This document shows, in pieces, positions 32,796 to 44,582 of a stretch of DNA of 64,000 bases. Below the pieces are notes generated by a model, which had not been told where the DNA came from, searched no databases, and saw only the letters and a program-made list of their open reading frames with translations. The stretch lies in the NCBI GenBank assembly GCA_047285535.1, contig JBJBDC010000001.1, positions 1,152,136-1,216,135 on the forward strand, given 5' to 3'. This stretch comes from Synechococcus sp. (GTDB lineage: Bacteria > Cyanobacteriota > Cyanobacteriia > PCC-6307 > Cyanobiaceae). The stretch's first letter is position 1, and each line of letters opens with the position of its first letter. Position numbers and translations under genes: made by a program.

Positions 32796-33422
32796 ATGAC
32801 CATTTCGAAAACCATCCAAAACACCGGTACCTTCAGCGGTCTACTTCTGATCTTGTTCCTCCTAGTTCATCTCGGTGGAACGCTTCCCGCACTCTTCGCG
32901 ACGGAAACCTTCGAGGCCTACGCCAGCTTTCTGCATCACAGCAGCTGGATTGCCCCTCTTGAGATTGGCCTCTTGATCGTGTGCCTCTCGCATATCAGCT
33001 TCAGCATCAGCAAAACGATCCGCAATCAACAAGCTGGAAACACGGCGGCATTGCAAAGTCGCCGCGAGGATTCATTCGCAGCCCTGGCAAGCAAATCAAA
33101 GGTGATTGCTGGATTCATAACGTTTGGATTTCTCGCACTACATCTCCTACAGCTTCGCTTTCCACGCCCTATGGATGGACATGAACGCGAGGCACTTGTG
33201 AATGCTCTTCAGCACCCAATCACTCTGATTACCTACAGCATTGGGGCCCTCGCCATCGGACTTCATCTGGAGCATGGTTTTGAAGCAGCACATCGGAATC
33301 TCGGCTGGTTAACACCAATCAATCGATCCTTCATCCGTCGGGGTGGGACCGTCCTGGCAGCTACGGTGAGCGGCGGATTCCTTTTGGTGAGTCTTGGCAT
33401 TGCCATCGGAGGTCAACTATGA
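32796..33422 (+). CDS. sdhC: succinate dehydrogenase cytochrome b subunit
   Basis: Five hydrophobic helices with His ligands (FLLVHL, LSHI, LALHL, GLHLEHG); overlaps the sdhA start; ATG 32796. Confidence 0.85.
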   Translation: MTISKTIQNTGTFSGLLLILFLLVHLGGTLPALFATETFEAYASFLHHSSWIAPLEIGLLIVCLSHISFSISKTIRNQQAGNTAALQSRREDSFAALASKSKVIAGFITFGFLALHLLQLRFPRPMDGHEREALVNALQHPITLITYSIGALAIGLHLEHGFEAAHRNLGWLTPINRSFIRRGGTVLAATVSGGFLLVSLGIAIGGQL

Positions 33423-35335
33423 GTGGCCTACCCGATCCACGGTTGCCCCAAGGGCCCATTGCAGACGCATGGCGGCGCACGCGCGAATCCCTCCCTCTAA
33501 TCAGTCCGCTCCGCAAAGGGCAAATTGACATCCTGGTCGTGGGAACTGGTCTCGCCGGAGCATCTGCCGCCGCAACCCTCGCGCAACAGGGCTACAAAGT
33601 TACGGTCCTGAGCTTTCACGACAGTCCTCGCCGAGCCCACTCGGTCGCAGCTCAAGGCGGAATAAACGCCGCACGCCAGGTTGCTGTTGATGGCGACACA
33701 ATCAGTCGCCTGTTCAGCGACACCCTAAAGGGGGGAGACTTCCGAGCCCGCGAAGCAGGCTGCCAGCGGCTCGCAGAGATCAGTAGCGGCATTATTGATC
33801 AATGCGTCGCTCAAGGGGTTCCCTTTGCACGGGAATACGGAGGCAGCCTCGCCACCCGAAGCTTTGGGGGTGCGCTGGTCAGCCGAACCTTTTACGCCCG
33901 CGGGCAGACTGGGCAACAACTTCTTTACGGCGCATATCAGGCATTGATGCGCCAAGTCGAACTCGGGCGAGTGCGTCTACTCACTCGACGTGATGTGCTG
34001 GAACTGATCACTGTTGATGGGTTCGCCCGGGGAGTCGTCGTCAGGCATCTATTGACCGGTGAACTGGAAGTGCACACCGCCCGCACCGTGCTGCTATGCA
34101 GCGGTGGATACAGCAACGTCTACTTCCTGTCGACGAATGCACTCAAATCCAATGCAAGCGCAATCTGGCGTTCCCATCGCAAAGGGGCCCTTTTCGCCAA
34201 CCCGTGCTTCACCCAAATCCATCCCACCTGCATCCCTAGTGGAGACGCCTTCCAGAGCAAATTGACGCTCATGAGCGAAAGTTTGCGCAATGACGGTCGT
34301 GTTTGGTTACCTAAACGACCTGGAGATCAGCGCCCAGCTAATGATGTACCCGAGGAAGACAGGGACTACTTCCTTGAAAGGATGTATCCCACCTACGGCA
34401 ACATGACCCCTCGTGATGTCGCGTCACGTCGAGCAAGAGAACTGTGCAATGAAGGCCGCGGAGTTGGCCCTGGCAGACGCTCTGTTTATCTCGATCTAGG
34501 CGATGCCATCAAAAAGGAAGGTCGAGACACTATCGCTGCCCGATACGGCAATTTGATGACCATGTACGAGCGGATCAGTGGGGAAGATCCTTACAAAATG
34601 CCGATGCGTATTTACCCGGCCCCGCATTACACGATGGGGGGACTCTGGGTGGATTATCAACTGATGAGTTCTATCCCAGGATTGTTTGTACTCGGCGAAG
34701 CCAACTTCTCGGAGCATGGTGCCAACAGGCTGGGTGCAAGCGCTTTGATGCAGGGATTGGCCGATGGATATTTCATCGCACCATCCACAGTGACTGCTTG
34801 GCTAGCAGGGCATCCTGGTGAATCGATCAAACCCGATCATCCCGCTTGCCTCGAAGCACTAGAAAGCACCCATCGTCGTATCAGGGCACTTGTGTACAGC
34901 AAAGGCGACATCCCAGTGAATAGTTTTCACCGCGAATTGGGGACAGTGATGATTGATCGATGCGGTATCAGCAGAGATGCAGACGGATTGAAAGAAGGTC
35001 TTCAACAGGTGTCCGAAATAGAACATCGCTTCCAACATCAGGTGAGAGTGCCTGGAGAAGCCAATGGGCCCAATGCCGAACTTGAAAAAGCCTTGCGCGT
35101 CAGCGATTTCTTCGGGCTCGCGCAATTGATGTTGCGCGATGCATTGGCACGAGAAGAATCATGCGGAGCCCACTTCCGCAAGGAACATCAAAGTCCTGAA
35201 GGTGAAGCCAAGAGAGATGACATTAACTTCTCCCATATCGCAGCCTGGGAATACAACGGCGATGGAGAACCAATCCGCCACGCTGAACCACTTCATTTCA
35301 GCACCCTCCAACCCAGCACCCGCAGCTACAAATGA
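33419..35335 (+). CDS. sdhA: succinate dehydrogenase/fumarate reductase flavoprotein
   Basis: [19 protein letters not shown] (covalent-FAD His), [37 protein letters not shown]. Confidence 0.95.
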   Translation: MSGLPDPRLPQGPIADAWRRTRESLPLISPLRKGQIDILVVGTGLAGASAAATLAQQGYKVTVLSFHDSPRRAHSVAAQGGINAARQVAVDGDTISRLFSDTLKGGDFRAREAGCQRLAEISSGIIDQCVAQGVPFAREYGGSLATRSFGGALVSRTFYARGQTGQQLLYGAYQALMRQVELGRVRLLTRRDVLELITVDGFARGVVVRHLLTGELEVHTARTVLLCSGGYSNVYFLSTNALKSNASAIWRSHRKGALFANPCFTQIHPTCIPSGDAFQSKLTLMSESLRNDGRVWLPKRPGDQRPANDVPEEDRDYFLERMYPTYGNMTPRDVASRRARELCNEGRGVGPGRRSVYLDLGDAIKKEGRDTIAARYGNLMTMYERISGEDPYKMPMRIYPAPHYTMGGLWVDYQLMSSIPGLFVLGEANFSEHGANRLGASALMQGLADGYFIAPSTVTAWLAGHPGESIKPDHPACLEALESTHRRIRALVYSKGDIPVNSFHRELGTVMIDRCGISRDADGLKEGLQQVSEIEHRFQHQVRVPGEANGPNAELEKALRVSDFFGLAQLMLRDALAREESCGAHFRKEHQSPEGEAKRDDINFSHIAAWEYNGDGEPIRHAEPLHFSTLQPSTRSYK

Positions 35336-36060
35336 AACTAAAACTGCGCATCTGGCGACAAAAAGCCCCGGCACAAGCGGGCTTCTACGAGAGCCATGAG
35401 CTCAACAACATCTCCCCGAACCTATCGCTTCTCGAGGCTCTTGATCAACTCAACGAACGGTTAATTAGTGCGGGAGAACGACCGGTTAACTTCGAGCACG
35501 ATTGTCGAGAGGGCATCTGTGGAAGTTGTGGTTTTTTAGTGAATGGCCAGGCCCATGGACCACGAGCCGCCACATCGGTTTGTCAGCTTTATTTGCGTGA
35601 GTTCAAAGATAACTCTGTGCTGACGCTTGAGCCGTGGAGAGCCAATGCATTTCCACTTCTGCAAGACTTGATGGTGGATCGATCTGCCCTGGACCGGTTG
35701 ATTGCAGCTGGGGGATACTGCTCCACCGGTACCGGCCAGGCTCCGGATGGCAACGCCATGCCAGTTGGCCGAGACCAAGCAACAAGCGCCTTCGACACCG
35801 CAACATGCATCGGATGCGGTGCATGCATAGCTAGTTGTCGCAACGCATCTGCGAGCCTTTTTGTAGCAGCAAAACTGGCCCATCTCGCCCAGTTACCCCA
35901 AGGCCAACCAGAACGTGCGAAGCGAGCGGCAGAGATGCAAAAGCGGATGGATCAAGAAGGATTCGGAAGCTGCAGTAGCAATCTGGAATGCGAAGCAGTC
36001 TGTCCTCAGGAAATCTCAGCAGACTGGATCAGCTGGATGCATAGGGAAAAGAGAGCGTAA
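35332..36060 (+). CDS. sdhB: succinate dehydrogenase iron-sulfur subunit
   Basis: [32 protein letters not shown]. Confidence 0.95.
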   Translation: MKLKLRIWRQKAPAQAGFYESHELNNISPNLSLLEALDQLNERLISAGERPVNFEHDCREGICGSCGFLVNGQAHGPRAATSVCQLYLREFKDNSVLTLEPWRANAFPLLQDLMVDRSALDRLIAAGGYCSTGTGQAPDGNAMPVGRDQATSAFDTATCIGCGACIASCRNASASLFVAAKLAHLAQLPQGQPERAKRAAEMQKRMDQEGFGSCSSNLECEAVCPQEISADWISWMHREKRA

Positions 36061-36691
36061 ATCAAAACAAGCACACAATCCAAAACAAGACAGAGAACCA
36101 AAATGGTTCAAAAACTTCCTCACGAATCAATATCAATGACGCGGCTTACCTAAAACCAAACATCGACACGACGAGCCTAGCTCGAGATATCCTCAACAAT
36201 TACAAACCAAAAACCTTCAAGACACTCAAAAGCCCCTCATTCAATCTATAAAAAGAATTGCACTCAAATGGACCAGCATCTACCATCAAGAGAAGAAAGA
36301 GAAATCAATACTTCAAGTCAATTTCATCCAAGTGCGAACCCGGAAAATCATCAATACCTGGCCTCGAACAACCAAAGAATCACGCCCCTCTTCTGACAAG
36401 AAATAGTCCACCACAGGCAAACCCTACCGACTAACTCAAAAACTTTAGACCTAACACTTTCAAGACTTATGCGACTCAAACAAGGGGTTATTGCGCCAGC
36501 AATCCTTACACCTCAAGCGCATAACGGGCCTAAATCACCTTACAAAAGGAAACACAAACTCCATAACAAAGAGTTAATGTTCAACAGATTCAGGCAATCT
36601 GCAGGCCGGAAAAATTCAAAAAAACAACAGTCAATGCATAAATAGATTTCAACAATGACGTAAAACGCACTTATTAGACAGTAGGCATGAA

Positions 36692-37459
36692 TCAAGTCAA
36701 ACTTGCAGATAAAATTGCCCTTCGAGCTGTGTCCAAAGCCAGCAGAATGGCTAACCCGCGCAGCATCCAGGCAAGCCGATCAGTCCTCACCTTGTCCAAA
36801 CGCGATGCGGTCCACTGAGCAGCCACTGCAGCAACTCCACCCAAGATGAAGCCCATGGCGGGTAGCCCCCTGCCTTCATACAGGAATTGAAGTGAAGCAG
36901 CCGAGGCGGAACAAGCCACAGCAACCGTGCTGAATCTGATCGCCAATCGAATCGGGACTGCCAACCCACGGACCATCAGCGGAACCATGACGAGTCCGCC
37001 GCCCAAGCCAAGCATTCCTCCTGCAAATCCTGCCAAACCACCGACGGCGGTAAGACCTGGAACAGAAAACAATTGGTTCTCATCAGAAAGAGAATCATTT
37101 GGATGAGACTGAATCGTGAGGGCCAACAACAGATACAGAGACGATTGAAGGGCTAAAAGGTGCCATCCAGCAGCCAACCGACCTAAGCGACTAAAGATCA
37201 ACGCCGTCGCAAAAGCTGCGATACCAATGGCTAATCCGGCTTTAATAGGCACGGCCCTAGCTCGCAGATGAGTGGCCATGCCGCTGATCGCCGTCGGCAC
37301 AATGGCAAAGGTGCTTGTTGCCAGAGCCTGATGGGGGGTTAATCCCATTAACAGCAACAGAGGAGCGAAAATCAAACCACCTCCTATCCCCAATAGACCT
37401 GCCAAACCGCCTGCAAGGAGGCCAAGGGGAACCACCAGCAGCCAATCAAAAATCTCCAT
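36692..37459 (-). CDS. sulfite exporter TauE/SafE family membrane protein
   Basis: Duplicated GLLGIGGG / GMLGLGGG motifs, multiple transmembrane helices. Confidence 0.88.
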   Translation of the reverse strand: MEIFDWLLVVPLGLLAGGLAGLLGIGGGLIFAPLLLLMGLTPHQALATSTFAIVPTAISGMATHLRARAVPIKAGLAIGIAAFATALIFSRLGRLAAGWHLLALQSSLYLLLALTIQSHPNDSLSDENQLFSVPGLTAVGGLAGFAGGMLGLGGGLVMVPLMVRGLAVPIRLAIRFSTVAVACSASAASLQFLYEGRGLPAMGFILGGVAAVAAQWTASRLDKVRTDRLAWMLRGLAILLALDTARRAILSASLT

Positions 37460-37466
37460 TCCGGCC

Positions 37467-38303
37467 ATGTTGATACCTGCATCCTGCCGGCCTGAGTTCG
37501 CAACTCATGGACGGTTGATTCCAACTCTCAAGGGTGAAGGTCCAGAACATATGGCATTTGACTCCCTGTTGTTGGAGCGTTGCCAGAGGGCAGAAAAACC
37601 ATTGCCAGTACTCCGCTTTTACCGCTGGGAAAAGCCCTACTTATCACTTGGACGCCATCAAAGACAACTTTCAGATCACTGGCACGACCTTGTTGAAAGC
37701 GGACGCATGAAGTTGGTCAGACGACCCAGTGGTGGAGGCGCTGTTCTTCATGGAGGAGGCCTGACTTATTCCTTGATCTGGCCTCATCCACCACGGCAAC
37801 GCCGCGAAGCTTATCGACGCGTCAACGCTTGGATCTATTCAAGCTTTAAGCGACTCGGCCTCGATCTACATCCAGGCAATGATCCAGCCCTCGCAGGCTG
37901 CCCAAATTGCTTTTCCAGCGCCACTTCGGCAGATTTAGTGGATTCCTCTGGTCACAAGCGCATCGGCAGTGCCCAGTTCTGGCAAAGGGGAAGTCTCCTG
38001 CAACACGGTGAAATCCCTTTGGTTCCTCCAATCAAACTTTGGGAAGACGTATTTGGATCAACTCCACCTTGCTGGAAACCATTCCCGCCATCAGAGGCAA
38101 GCGTTGAAACGGCTTTAACATCATCCATTGATGAACTTTGGCCTGGAATCCTCTGGAGCGTGCAACCAATTAGCAGAAGTGAACAGCAACTTGTCAAAGA
38201 AAGGGCTGGTAGTTTTCGAGTTCACGATTCAGAGGCCTCATCCAATAATCCAGCTGCACGCATTGACGTGACTGCTTGTAGAAGTGGTAAGCCAAAGGGA
38301 TAA
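37467..38303 (+). CDS. lipoate-protein ligase A family protein
   Basis: LRFYRW...LSLGRHQ, VRRPSGGGAVLH, KRIGSAQ, LLQHGEI. Confidence 0.88.
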   Translation: MLIPASCRPEFATHGRLIPTLKGEGPEHMAFDSLLLERCQRAEKPLPVLRFYRWEKPYLSLGRHQRQLSDHWHDLVESGRMKLVRRPSGGGAVLHGGGLTYSLIWPHPPRQRREAYRRVNAWIYSSFKRLGLDLHPGNDPALAGCPNCFSSATSADLVDSSGHKRIGSAQFWQRGSLLQHGEIPLVPPIKLWEDVFGSTPPCWKPFPPSEASVETALTSSIDELWPGILWSVQPISRSEQQLVKERAGSFRVHDSEASSNNPAARIDVTACRSGKPKG

Positions 38304-39478
38304 TCATTGCGGCGCCTAGAGGCTTCGAGCAATTGTGCCGGCAAAGTTAATGACAGCCCTTTCAATACAGCTTCGCCAACATCACTGCGATCCAATGTTC
38401 CAGACGGAAGACCCGCTGCGCCAGTGACAAGCAGTCGGCCCTGATCACTCTGTTCAAGGGCAAGAACGGCTTTCCAAAGCGGTGCTGAATCTTCAAGAGA
38501 AGGAAGTTCAGCCAGTGGGCGCATATGCTCTCCAACAGTCTGACGATCCCAGTGTTGGACTGATAATTCCTTAAGTGGCTGATCAGTCACATATCCAATC
38601 CAGCGACCTGATCGACAAACAAGCACCCAATCAGGCAGGAGATCATCATCAGACTCGGCACCTCTCAAGCGCAATTGGCTAAGGCGGCGCAAGGACTGAT
38701 CAGCTTCCATCACCCGAAAACGCTTAGATGAACAGGGTCCCACCTGCAAGCTCATCAACAACTGCTGTAAAGCCAAGGTCTGGGACTGAGAGCGCGATGC
38801 TCCCATTCCAAACCAACCCAAAAGCACAAGCCAAAGACCGGTGATTCCTCCTCCACGCAGAAACAACCAGACCCCAAGCATGATCGCGGTCAGTGAAAGA
38901 AAACGCCCTGTGGCCGTTGCAACCTGAGTTCCTCTGCGTTGACTACCCGTGAACTGCCAGACAAGGGATTTAAGGATCAAACCTCCATCCAGAGGCAATC
39001 CTGGTAGAAGGTTGAACACAGCAAGAACTAAATTGAGAATCCCCAGCTGGCCGACAAGATTGCCCAATAAGGGATTGGCATGATCCGCAGCATGCTGACT
39101 TGCCAGAAGCAAACCAGCCAGAGCAAAACTGACAACTGGACCTGCCGCGGCCACCCTGAACGAACCCATCGCAGTGGAACATTCCCGCTCCACACGAGCG
39201 ACACCTCCGAGGAGGAAGAGGGTGATGCTGTTGACTTTGACGCCTTCCCTTAGCGCCACCAGTGAATGGCCCAGTTCATGAAGCAGCACTGAAACAAACA
39301 GCAAGAGAGCTGTGGCCAAACCCAACAGCCAACTCAGGAATGGCGATCCAGATGCATCCGGAAGACGTGCTGCTTGTTGCTGAAACGCAAGTGTAAACAA
39401 CACCAAAATGATGAACCAACTCGGGTGCACCCGAAGCGGAATGCCTCGAATCCTCATCAACTGCCAGCCATCACCCAT
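38222..39478 (-). CDS. site-2 protease family (M50) with C-terminal CBS-like region
   Basis: LLHELGH, AGPVVS, FNLLPGLPLDGG. Confidence 0.92.
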   Translation of the reverse strand: MGDGWQLMRIRGIPLRVHPSWFIILVLFTLAFQQQAARLPDASGSPFLSWLLGLATALLLFVSVLLHELGHSLVALREGVKVNSITLFLLGGVARVERECSTAMGSFRVAAAGPVVSFALAGLLLASQHAADHANPLLGNLVGQLGILNLVLAVFNLLPGLPLDGGLILKSLVWQFTGSQRRGTQVATATGRFLSLTAIMLGVWLFLRGGGITGLWLVLLGWFGMGASRSQSQTLALQQLLMSLQVGPCSSKRFRVMEADQSLRRLSQLRLRGAESDDDLLPDWVLVCRSGRWIGYVTDQPLKELSVQHWDRQTVGEHMRPLAELPSLEDSAPLWKAVLALEQSDQGRLLVTGAAGLPSGTLDRSDVGEAVLKGLSLTLPAQLLEASRRRNDYPFGLPLLQAVTSMRAAGLLDEASES

Positions 39479-39556
39479 GGGCACCTCCGTAGGGCACTGC
39501 CTCGGCCCGATCGTTCAATCCTAGAAAGGAATCACCCCCTCAAGCACCCCGCGCCC

Positions 39557-40240
39557 ATGTCAGACGCTTCCATTGCTCTGAAGATCTGTGGTCTTACTGA
39601 CGTTTCACAAACGTGTTCCATCGCAGAGATGGGAGTGCAGGCAATCGGAGTGATCGGAGTAGAAACAACGCCTCGATACGTAGAGGATCACCTTCGCCGC
39701 AGCATCTTCGCCGCATTGGAAAGGATGCATCCAGAAATCGAGCGCGTCTGGGTCGTCGCGGATCCTTCGGACAGAACACTGCAAAGCGGCCTTGAAGGCA
39801 AAGGAACGCCAACCGTGGTTCAACTCCATGGATCAGAAACGCCAGAGCGCTGCTTTCAATTAAAAGATCAGTATCCAAAGGTGAGCTGGTGGAAAGCCCT
39901 CAGGCTTCGTGATGAGCAGGATCTCAGAGCATTACAACCATTTGAAGCTCAAGTGGATGCCCTACTACTCGATGCCTGGAGCCCCGAACAACTCGGTGGT
40001 ACGGGGCATCGCATTGACCCGCGCTGGTTACTCAAAGTCCAAGATCAACTCGCGCCAAACAGTGCCTGGTGGTTGGCTGGAGGGATCAGCGCCGAATGGG
40101 TTCCTGACCTTCTGAGCCAGATCACGCCATACGGCCTGGATGCATCAAGCCGACTCGAAGTGAAGCCAGGCGTTAAAGATCTCAACCAAGTAAGAGCACT
40201 GGTTCAAGCCGTTCATGACAACCGACCACATCGGCAATAA
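39557..40240 (+). CDS. trpF: phosphoribosylanthranilate isomerase
   Basis: LKICGLT, VQLHGSE, LLLDA, GGTG, LAGGI, LDASSRLE; ATG 39557. Confidence 0.93.
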   Translation: MSDASIALKICGLTDVSQTCSIAEMGVQAIGVIGVETTPRYVEDHLRRSIFAALERMHPEIERVWVVADPSDRTLQSGLEGKGTPTVVQLHGSETPERCFQLKDQYPKVSWWKALRLRDEQDLRALQPFEAQVDALLLDAWSPEQLGGTGHRIDPRWLLKVQDQLAPNSAWWLAGGISAEWVPDLLSQITPYGLDASSRLEVKPGVKDLNQVRALVQAVHDNRPHRQ

Positions 40241-40763
40241 GTTGCCACCATCGAGACCAATTTCCATGTCCTACCAGGCTGCAACCTCTGCACTCTTTTT
40301 TACATGGATCAGTCTTTCGCCGGTATCCATCCACGCGCAAGGGATGCTCCCCGGATGTCGGCTCGAAAACGGAAGCTTGCAGTGCGTGCCTGGCTTAACG
40401 GCAGATCCTGAAACACAAATCAAAGTGCTCGACCAAGAAATCTCGAGCGATGTACAAGCCGAAGGCCACATCCAACAAACAATTCAAGGCCTGAAGAAAT
40501 TTATTCTCGTTGGAGAAGCACGTGAAGGGCGTTTGCTCAAAGCCGAATTTGATCTTCAGGGAACTGACATCAGCACTGTCGACATTCACTGGTACCAACG
40601 CCAGGGCAATGGGCCCTGGAAACTGAGGTCGAGCCCAAGCGAAGAGTCCTACCGCATTAGCGAAATCGATCGCGATGGAAAAATCATGGCCGTGATGGTT
40701 GTGAAAACAAGCGACGGCCAAGTCAACCGCGTCATGAGTAATACTATCGGACCAATTAAATAA
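40215..40763 (+). CDS. conserved hypothetical secreted protein
   Basis: Signal-peptide-like segment then AQGMLPGCRLENGSLQCVPG; start uncertain. Confidence 0.65.
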   Translation: MTTDHIGNKLPPSRPISMSYQAATSALFFTWISLSPVSIHAQGMLPGCRLENGSLQCVPGLTADPETQIKVLDQEISSDVQAEGHIQQTIQGLKKFILVGEAREGRLLKAEFDLQGTDISTVDIHWYQRQGNGPWKLRSSPSEESYRISEIDRDGKIMAVMVVKTSDGQVNRVMSNTIGPIK

Positions 40764-40792
40764 TTTTCCTCTGATTGGCTTGGCTCAAAAAA

Positions 40793-41536
40793 TCAAGTGC
40801 TAAGCATTGCCTCCTGCTGTCTAACAAGTTCAAAAAATTCCTGCTTCAAGCTTGGATCATGCCGAAAATCGCCGCGGACCACTGAATTAACCATGCTGGT
40901 TTGAGGCTCACGAACGCCTCTCCATTTCATGCAATAATGCTGGGCTTTAATAATAATACCGAGACCATGAGGAGAACATAAACGCTCGATCTCATCAGCC
41001 AAAATCATGACGGCTTCTTCTTGAATATGTGGCCTTGAAAATACCCAGTCAGCTACTCGAGTAAATTTAGAGATTCCTATCACCCTAACACCAGGTTTAA
41101 TGCCAATCCAACAGTTACCCATAATTGGAACTAAGTGATGAGAACATGCAGAACGGACTGTGATTGGACCAACAGTATAAATCTCATCAAGCTGTTTTAC
41201 ATTCGGAAAACTTGCCACCTTTGGCTGTTGATTGTAGCGACCCTTGAAGACTTCACGGAGATACATTCGAGCAACTCGCTCTGCAGTCTCAGTAGTGTTG
41301 TGATCATTTTCGATGTCAATCACCAAGCTACGAAGAAGATCTCTGACACGATCAGCAACCTCCTTCTCTAGTTCATCCAACTCTCCAGTCTGGATAAAAT
41401 CAGCAATATTGTCATTGGCAAGGAATGAGATGTCTTGATCAATAAGACGTTGGCGAATTCTTTGAGAGACAGAATTGACACTGGTATTAATAGGTGTCAA
41501 AGCACCGTTGGAGAGAGTAGGGATAGTAGAAGTCAT
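40793..41536 (-). CDS. folE: GTP cyclohydrolase I
   Basis: TAERVARMY, SACSHHLVP, GISKFTR, HYCMKWRGV. Confidence 0.95.
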   Translation of the reverse strand: MTSTIPTLSNGALTPINTSVNSVSQRIRQRLIDQDISFLANDNIADFIQTGELDELEKEVADRVRDLLRSLVIDIENDHNTTETAERVARMYLREVFKGRYNQQPKVASFPNVKQLDEIYTVGPITVRSACSHHLVPIMGNCWIGIKPGVRVIGISKFTRVADWVFSRPHIQEEAVMILADEIERLCSPHGLGIIIKAQHYCMKWRGVREPQTSMVNSVVRGDFRHDPSLKQEFFELVRQQEAMLST

Positions 41537-41548
41537 GTCAGGGGTGAT

Positions 41549-42256
41549 TTAAAAGGCACCAGTGGCTGGCATCAAAGTGAGATCTTCAACAACTTGTGTT
41601 GCGGGCTGTTCTGCTAGGTGAAGAAGAGTAACAGCAGCTTGGTCAGCGGGAATCATGGCAGCGCGGTCAAAAGAAGATTGGACCGTGGGAGAGTCCCAAA
41701 GTGAGGTATCCACCGCTCCGAGCGTGAGCGTGCAAGCACGAATTCCATTGCATCGCTCCTCCTCAGCGAGGCAGCGCGTAAAACTGGCTAACGCTGCTTT
41801 AACACTGCAGTAAGCACCCCAATTTGGAAAGGCATTACGGGCTGCGTGGCTATTGACATTAATCACGAGCCCACCAGCAGACCTCATTGAAGGAACAACT
41901 GCAGAACACATTTGAAAGACACTGGTTAAGTTGAGCTGCAGCAACCAATCCCAACTCTCCAAGGGCATCTCGAGCAATTTTCCAGTCCAAGCCGCCCCCG
42001 CGTTGTTGATCAAAACAGAAGGAGTTAAACCTTGACCGAGCAATGTAGCCACGCCTTGAGGGATCTCTTCAGGCTTGGAAAGATCAATGGCTTGATAAAC
42101 GATTCGCTGGCCTGAGATAGCCAACGTATCGGTAAGAGTTTGGAGAGATGTTGCATTACGGGACACGAGCAGGAGGTCCCAACCGGATTGAGCAAAAGCG
42201 AGAGCGGCACTGCGGCCAATGCCACGCGTTGCTCCGGTAATGAGTACGGAGGACAA
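41549..42256 (-). CDS. short-chain dehydrogenase/reductase
   Basis: ITGATRGIG, LINNAG, YCSVK; usual position between accA and folE. Confidence 0.92.
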   Translation of the reverse strand: MSSVLITGATRGIGRSAALAFAQSGWDLLLVSRNATSLQTLTDTLAISGQRIVYQAIDLSKPEEIPQGVATLLGQGLTPSVLINNAGAAWTGKLLEMPLESWDWLLQLNLTSVFQMCSAVVPSMRSAGGLVINVNSHAARNAFPNWGAYCSVKAALASFTRCLAEEERCNGIRACTLTLGAVDTSLWDSPTVQSSFDRAAMIPADQAAVTLLHLAEQPATQVVEDLTLMPATGAF

Positions 42257-42280
42257 TGAACCTCAGCGGTCGAAGCAATC

Positions 42281-43270
42281 CTAAGAACTTGAATCAGCTT
42301 CTGGCGAGCTGGAATCGATAAACCGCCCCATTGCCCGGAACTTCTGGTAACGCTGATCGCGTAGTTCCTGCGGTGAAAGAACGACCAACTCAGCAAGATG
42401 GCGTTCGAGGGCTTCGCGCAAGGTTTCTCCTGCTTCCAAAGGGGCCCAATTATTGCCCCCGGACGGCTCCGGAAGAACCTCATCAACAACACCGAGGCTG
42501 AGCAGATCCTGTCCGGTAATCCGCAATGCCGCAGCCGCTTCAGGAGCCTTGGCCGCATCACGCCAAAGGATCGATGCGCAGGCTTCAGGACTCGCCACCG
42601 TGTAAACGCTGTGCTCAAACATCAGCAACCGGTCGGCCACACCGATACCAAGAGCTCCACCTGAGCCACCTTCACCAATCACCGTGGCAATAATCGGCAC
42701 ACTCAGTCGGAACATCTCCCTCAGATTCACGGCAATCGCCTCACCTTGACCCTGCTCTTCAGCCAACAGTCCTGCATAGGCTCCTGGGGTGTCAATAAAG
42801 GCAAGCACTGGAAGCCCAAAACGATCGGCATGCTCCATGAGTCGAAGTGCTTTGCGATATCCGCCAGGGGTAGCCATCCCAAAGTTGCGAGCCACGTTTT
42901 CCTTTGTGTCGCGCCCTTTTTGGTGACCTAAAAGCAGTACCGAGCAATCTCCTAAGCGACCAATACCCCCTACCAAAGCCTGATCATCGCTACCACGCCG
43001 ATCACCATGGAGCTCAACCCAATCGTCACAAAACATCTGGATGAAATCCAAAGTGCTTGGTCGATGAGGATGACGGGCAACCTGAATTTTTTGCGCCGGA
43101 GTCAGATTCTGAAAAATCTCCTCTCGTCTACGGGCAGCAAGAGTTTCAAGCTGAAGGAGTTGCTGGCTAACGTCGACCTCAGAGTCTCTCGCGAGCTGAC
43201 GAATCTGCTCAATCTGCTGCTCAAGCTCTACCAGAGGCTTTTCAAAATCAAGTAAAGGGCGGCGTGGCAT
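42281..43270 (-). CDS. accA: acetyl-CoA carboxylase carboxyltransferase alpha subunit
   Basis: [49 protein letters not shown]. Confidence 0.98.
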   Translation of the reverse strand: MPRRPLLDFEKPLVELEQQIEQIRQLARDSEVDVSQQLLQLETLAARRREEIFQNLTPAQKIQVARHPHRPSTLDFIQMFCDDWVELHGDRRGSDDQALVGGIGRLGDCSVLLLGHQKGRDTKENVARNFGMATPGGYRKALRLMEHADRFGLPVLAFIDTPGAYAGLLAEEQGQGEAIAVNLREMFRLSVPIIATVIGEGGSGGALGIGVADRLLMFEHSVYTVASPEACASILWRDAAKAPEAAAALRITGQDLLSLGVVDEVLPEPSGGNNWAPLEAGETLREALERHLAELVVLSPQELRDQRYQKFRAMGRFIDSSSPEADSSS

Positions 43271-43761
43271 AAATACAGAAAAGAGGCGGGTCGACCGGTA
43301 ACAACTCAGCCTCGCACAAATCGATCAGGATGAGTGAGGACCAAAACCGCCAGGGGGCTTAGTGATAAGTAATTTCTTGGTCCATCAGCACACGGGCGCC
43401 ATGGCGCAAAGATCCGGTCATTTCCACTCTCTCATCATGAGAAAACTGAACGAACACCATCGCTCTCACTCAGACCGATCACGATCATATTATTGAACTC
43501 AACCGACGCAAAGCGCTCACATGAATCAAGGCAGCATCAAAAGAAACTCAGATCCAATTTATCTTTTACAACCCTCAATCTTGACATCGATAATTCCTTG
43601 ATTCCTGAAATTGCTTCTTTCACACAAGCAGGAAGACAAAGGCAAGATCTGTATGGCTTTAACGCTGCGATCGGCAAGAATCTTGGACAAACAAAAGGTT
43701 AGAATCATTGAAAGGAGTTAGATTAAATCAAAAAACCAATCCTGGGATGAAATAGTCCAAG

Positions 43762-44499
43762 GTGGAGACAAATCCAAATCAGCAAATGACTGAGAACCGG
43801 AATCACTATCTGCGTCCTGTTTGTTGGTGTGGGGGGATTCTCCGACACCACTGGGTGAAGACATGGAGATCAAACCAAAAGAGGACAGAGCCCTTAACCG
43901 TATTAATTGATCATCGAGAAGAGAAATTCAATCCATTATCGATGCACGCCATGGAGACGTTACTCTCAAACAAAGAAATTGAAAGACAGTGCAGATATCG
44001 AAAATCCCGGGACCGCAAGCACTACTTGATCAGAACAGCAATACTAAGAGAGTTACTAGGAATAATTCTTGAAAAGGACGCATCAAGCCTGAGATTTTTC
44101 AAAAATGAGAATGGCAAACCATTTCTTGAAAAACCAACAAAAATTGAATTCAATGTGTCTCACTCCAACGGACTAACGCTGATGGCATTCCATCCAAACT
44201 GTAAGGTCGGCATCGACGTAGAACGAATCAATAAAGAACTAAATTGGAAACCCATTGCAGATCGATGGTTTCCAGCGAAGATCAAGAGAGAACTCCTTTC
44301 AATACCAACAGAGCAACGAAACGAAAAATTCTTTGAATTGTGGTGTCGATTTGAAGCTATTCTCAAATGCAGCGGCCAAGGGATTAAGGGTCTTAACCCC
44401 TCAAATCCTGAACTAGTAGATGCAAAGGAAGCAATCTGGAATCTGGATGTACCTGCAGGCTACAAAGCGATCGTAGCCATGGAGAAGGATCACTGCTAA
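43762..44499 (+). CDS. Sfp-type 4'-phosphopantetheinyl transferase
   Basis: GKPFL, FNVSHS, VGIDVE, FFELWCRFEAILKCSGQG; start codon uncertain. Confidence 0.88.
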   Translation: METNPNQQMTENRNHYLRPVCWCGGILRHHWVKTWRSNQKRTEPLTVLIDHREEKFNPLSMHAMETLLSNKEIERQCRYRKSRDRKHYLIRTAILRELLGIILEKDASSLRFFKNENGKPFLEKPTKIEFNVSHSNGLTLMAFHPNCKVGIDVERINKELNWKPIADRWFPAKIKRELLSIPTEQRNEKFFELWCRFEAILKCSGQGIKGLNPSNPELVDAKEAIWNLDVPAGYKAIVAMEKDHC

Positions 44500-44582
44500 A
44501 AAGACTCAACATCATGATGGCGTATCAATTCCAAACCCAACATCTAGATCGAAGAGGACATCAGATTAGGGAACGAATCTTG

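Noticed and set aside
43359..43460. Possible aar remnant upstream of accA (minus-strand ...EMTGSLRHGA...)
   Set aside because: Only a 4-5 residue resemblance to the AAR C-terminal SxRHGF and the flanks do not match; not supportable without alignment.
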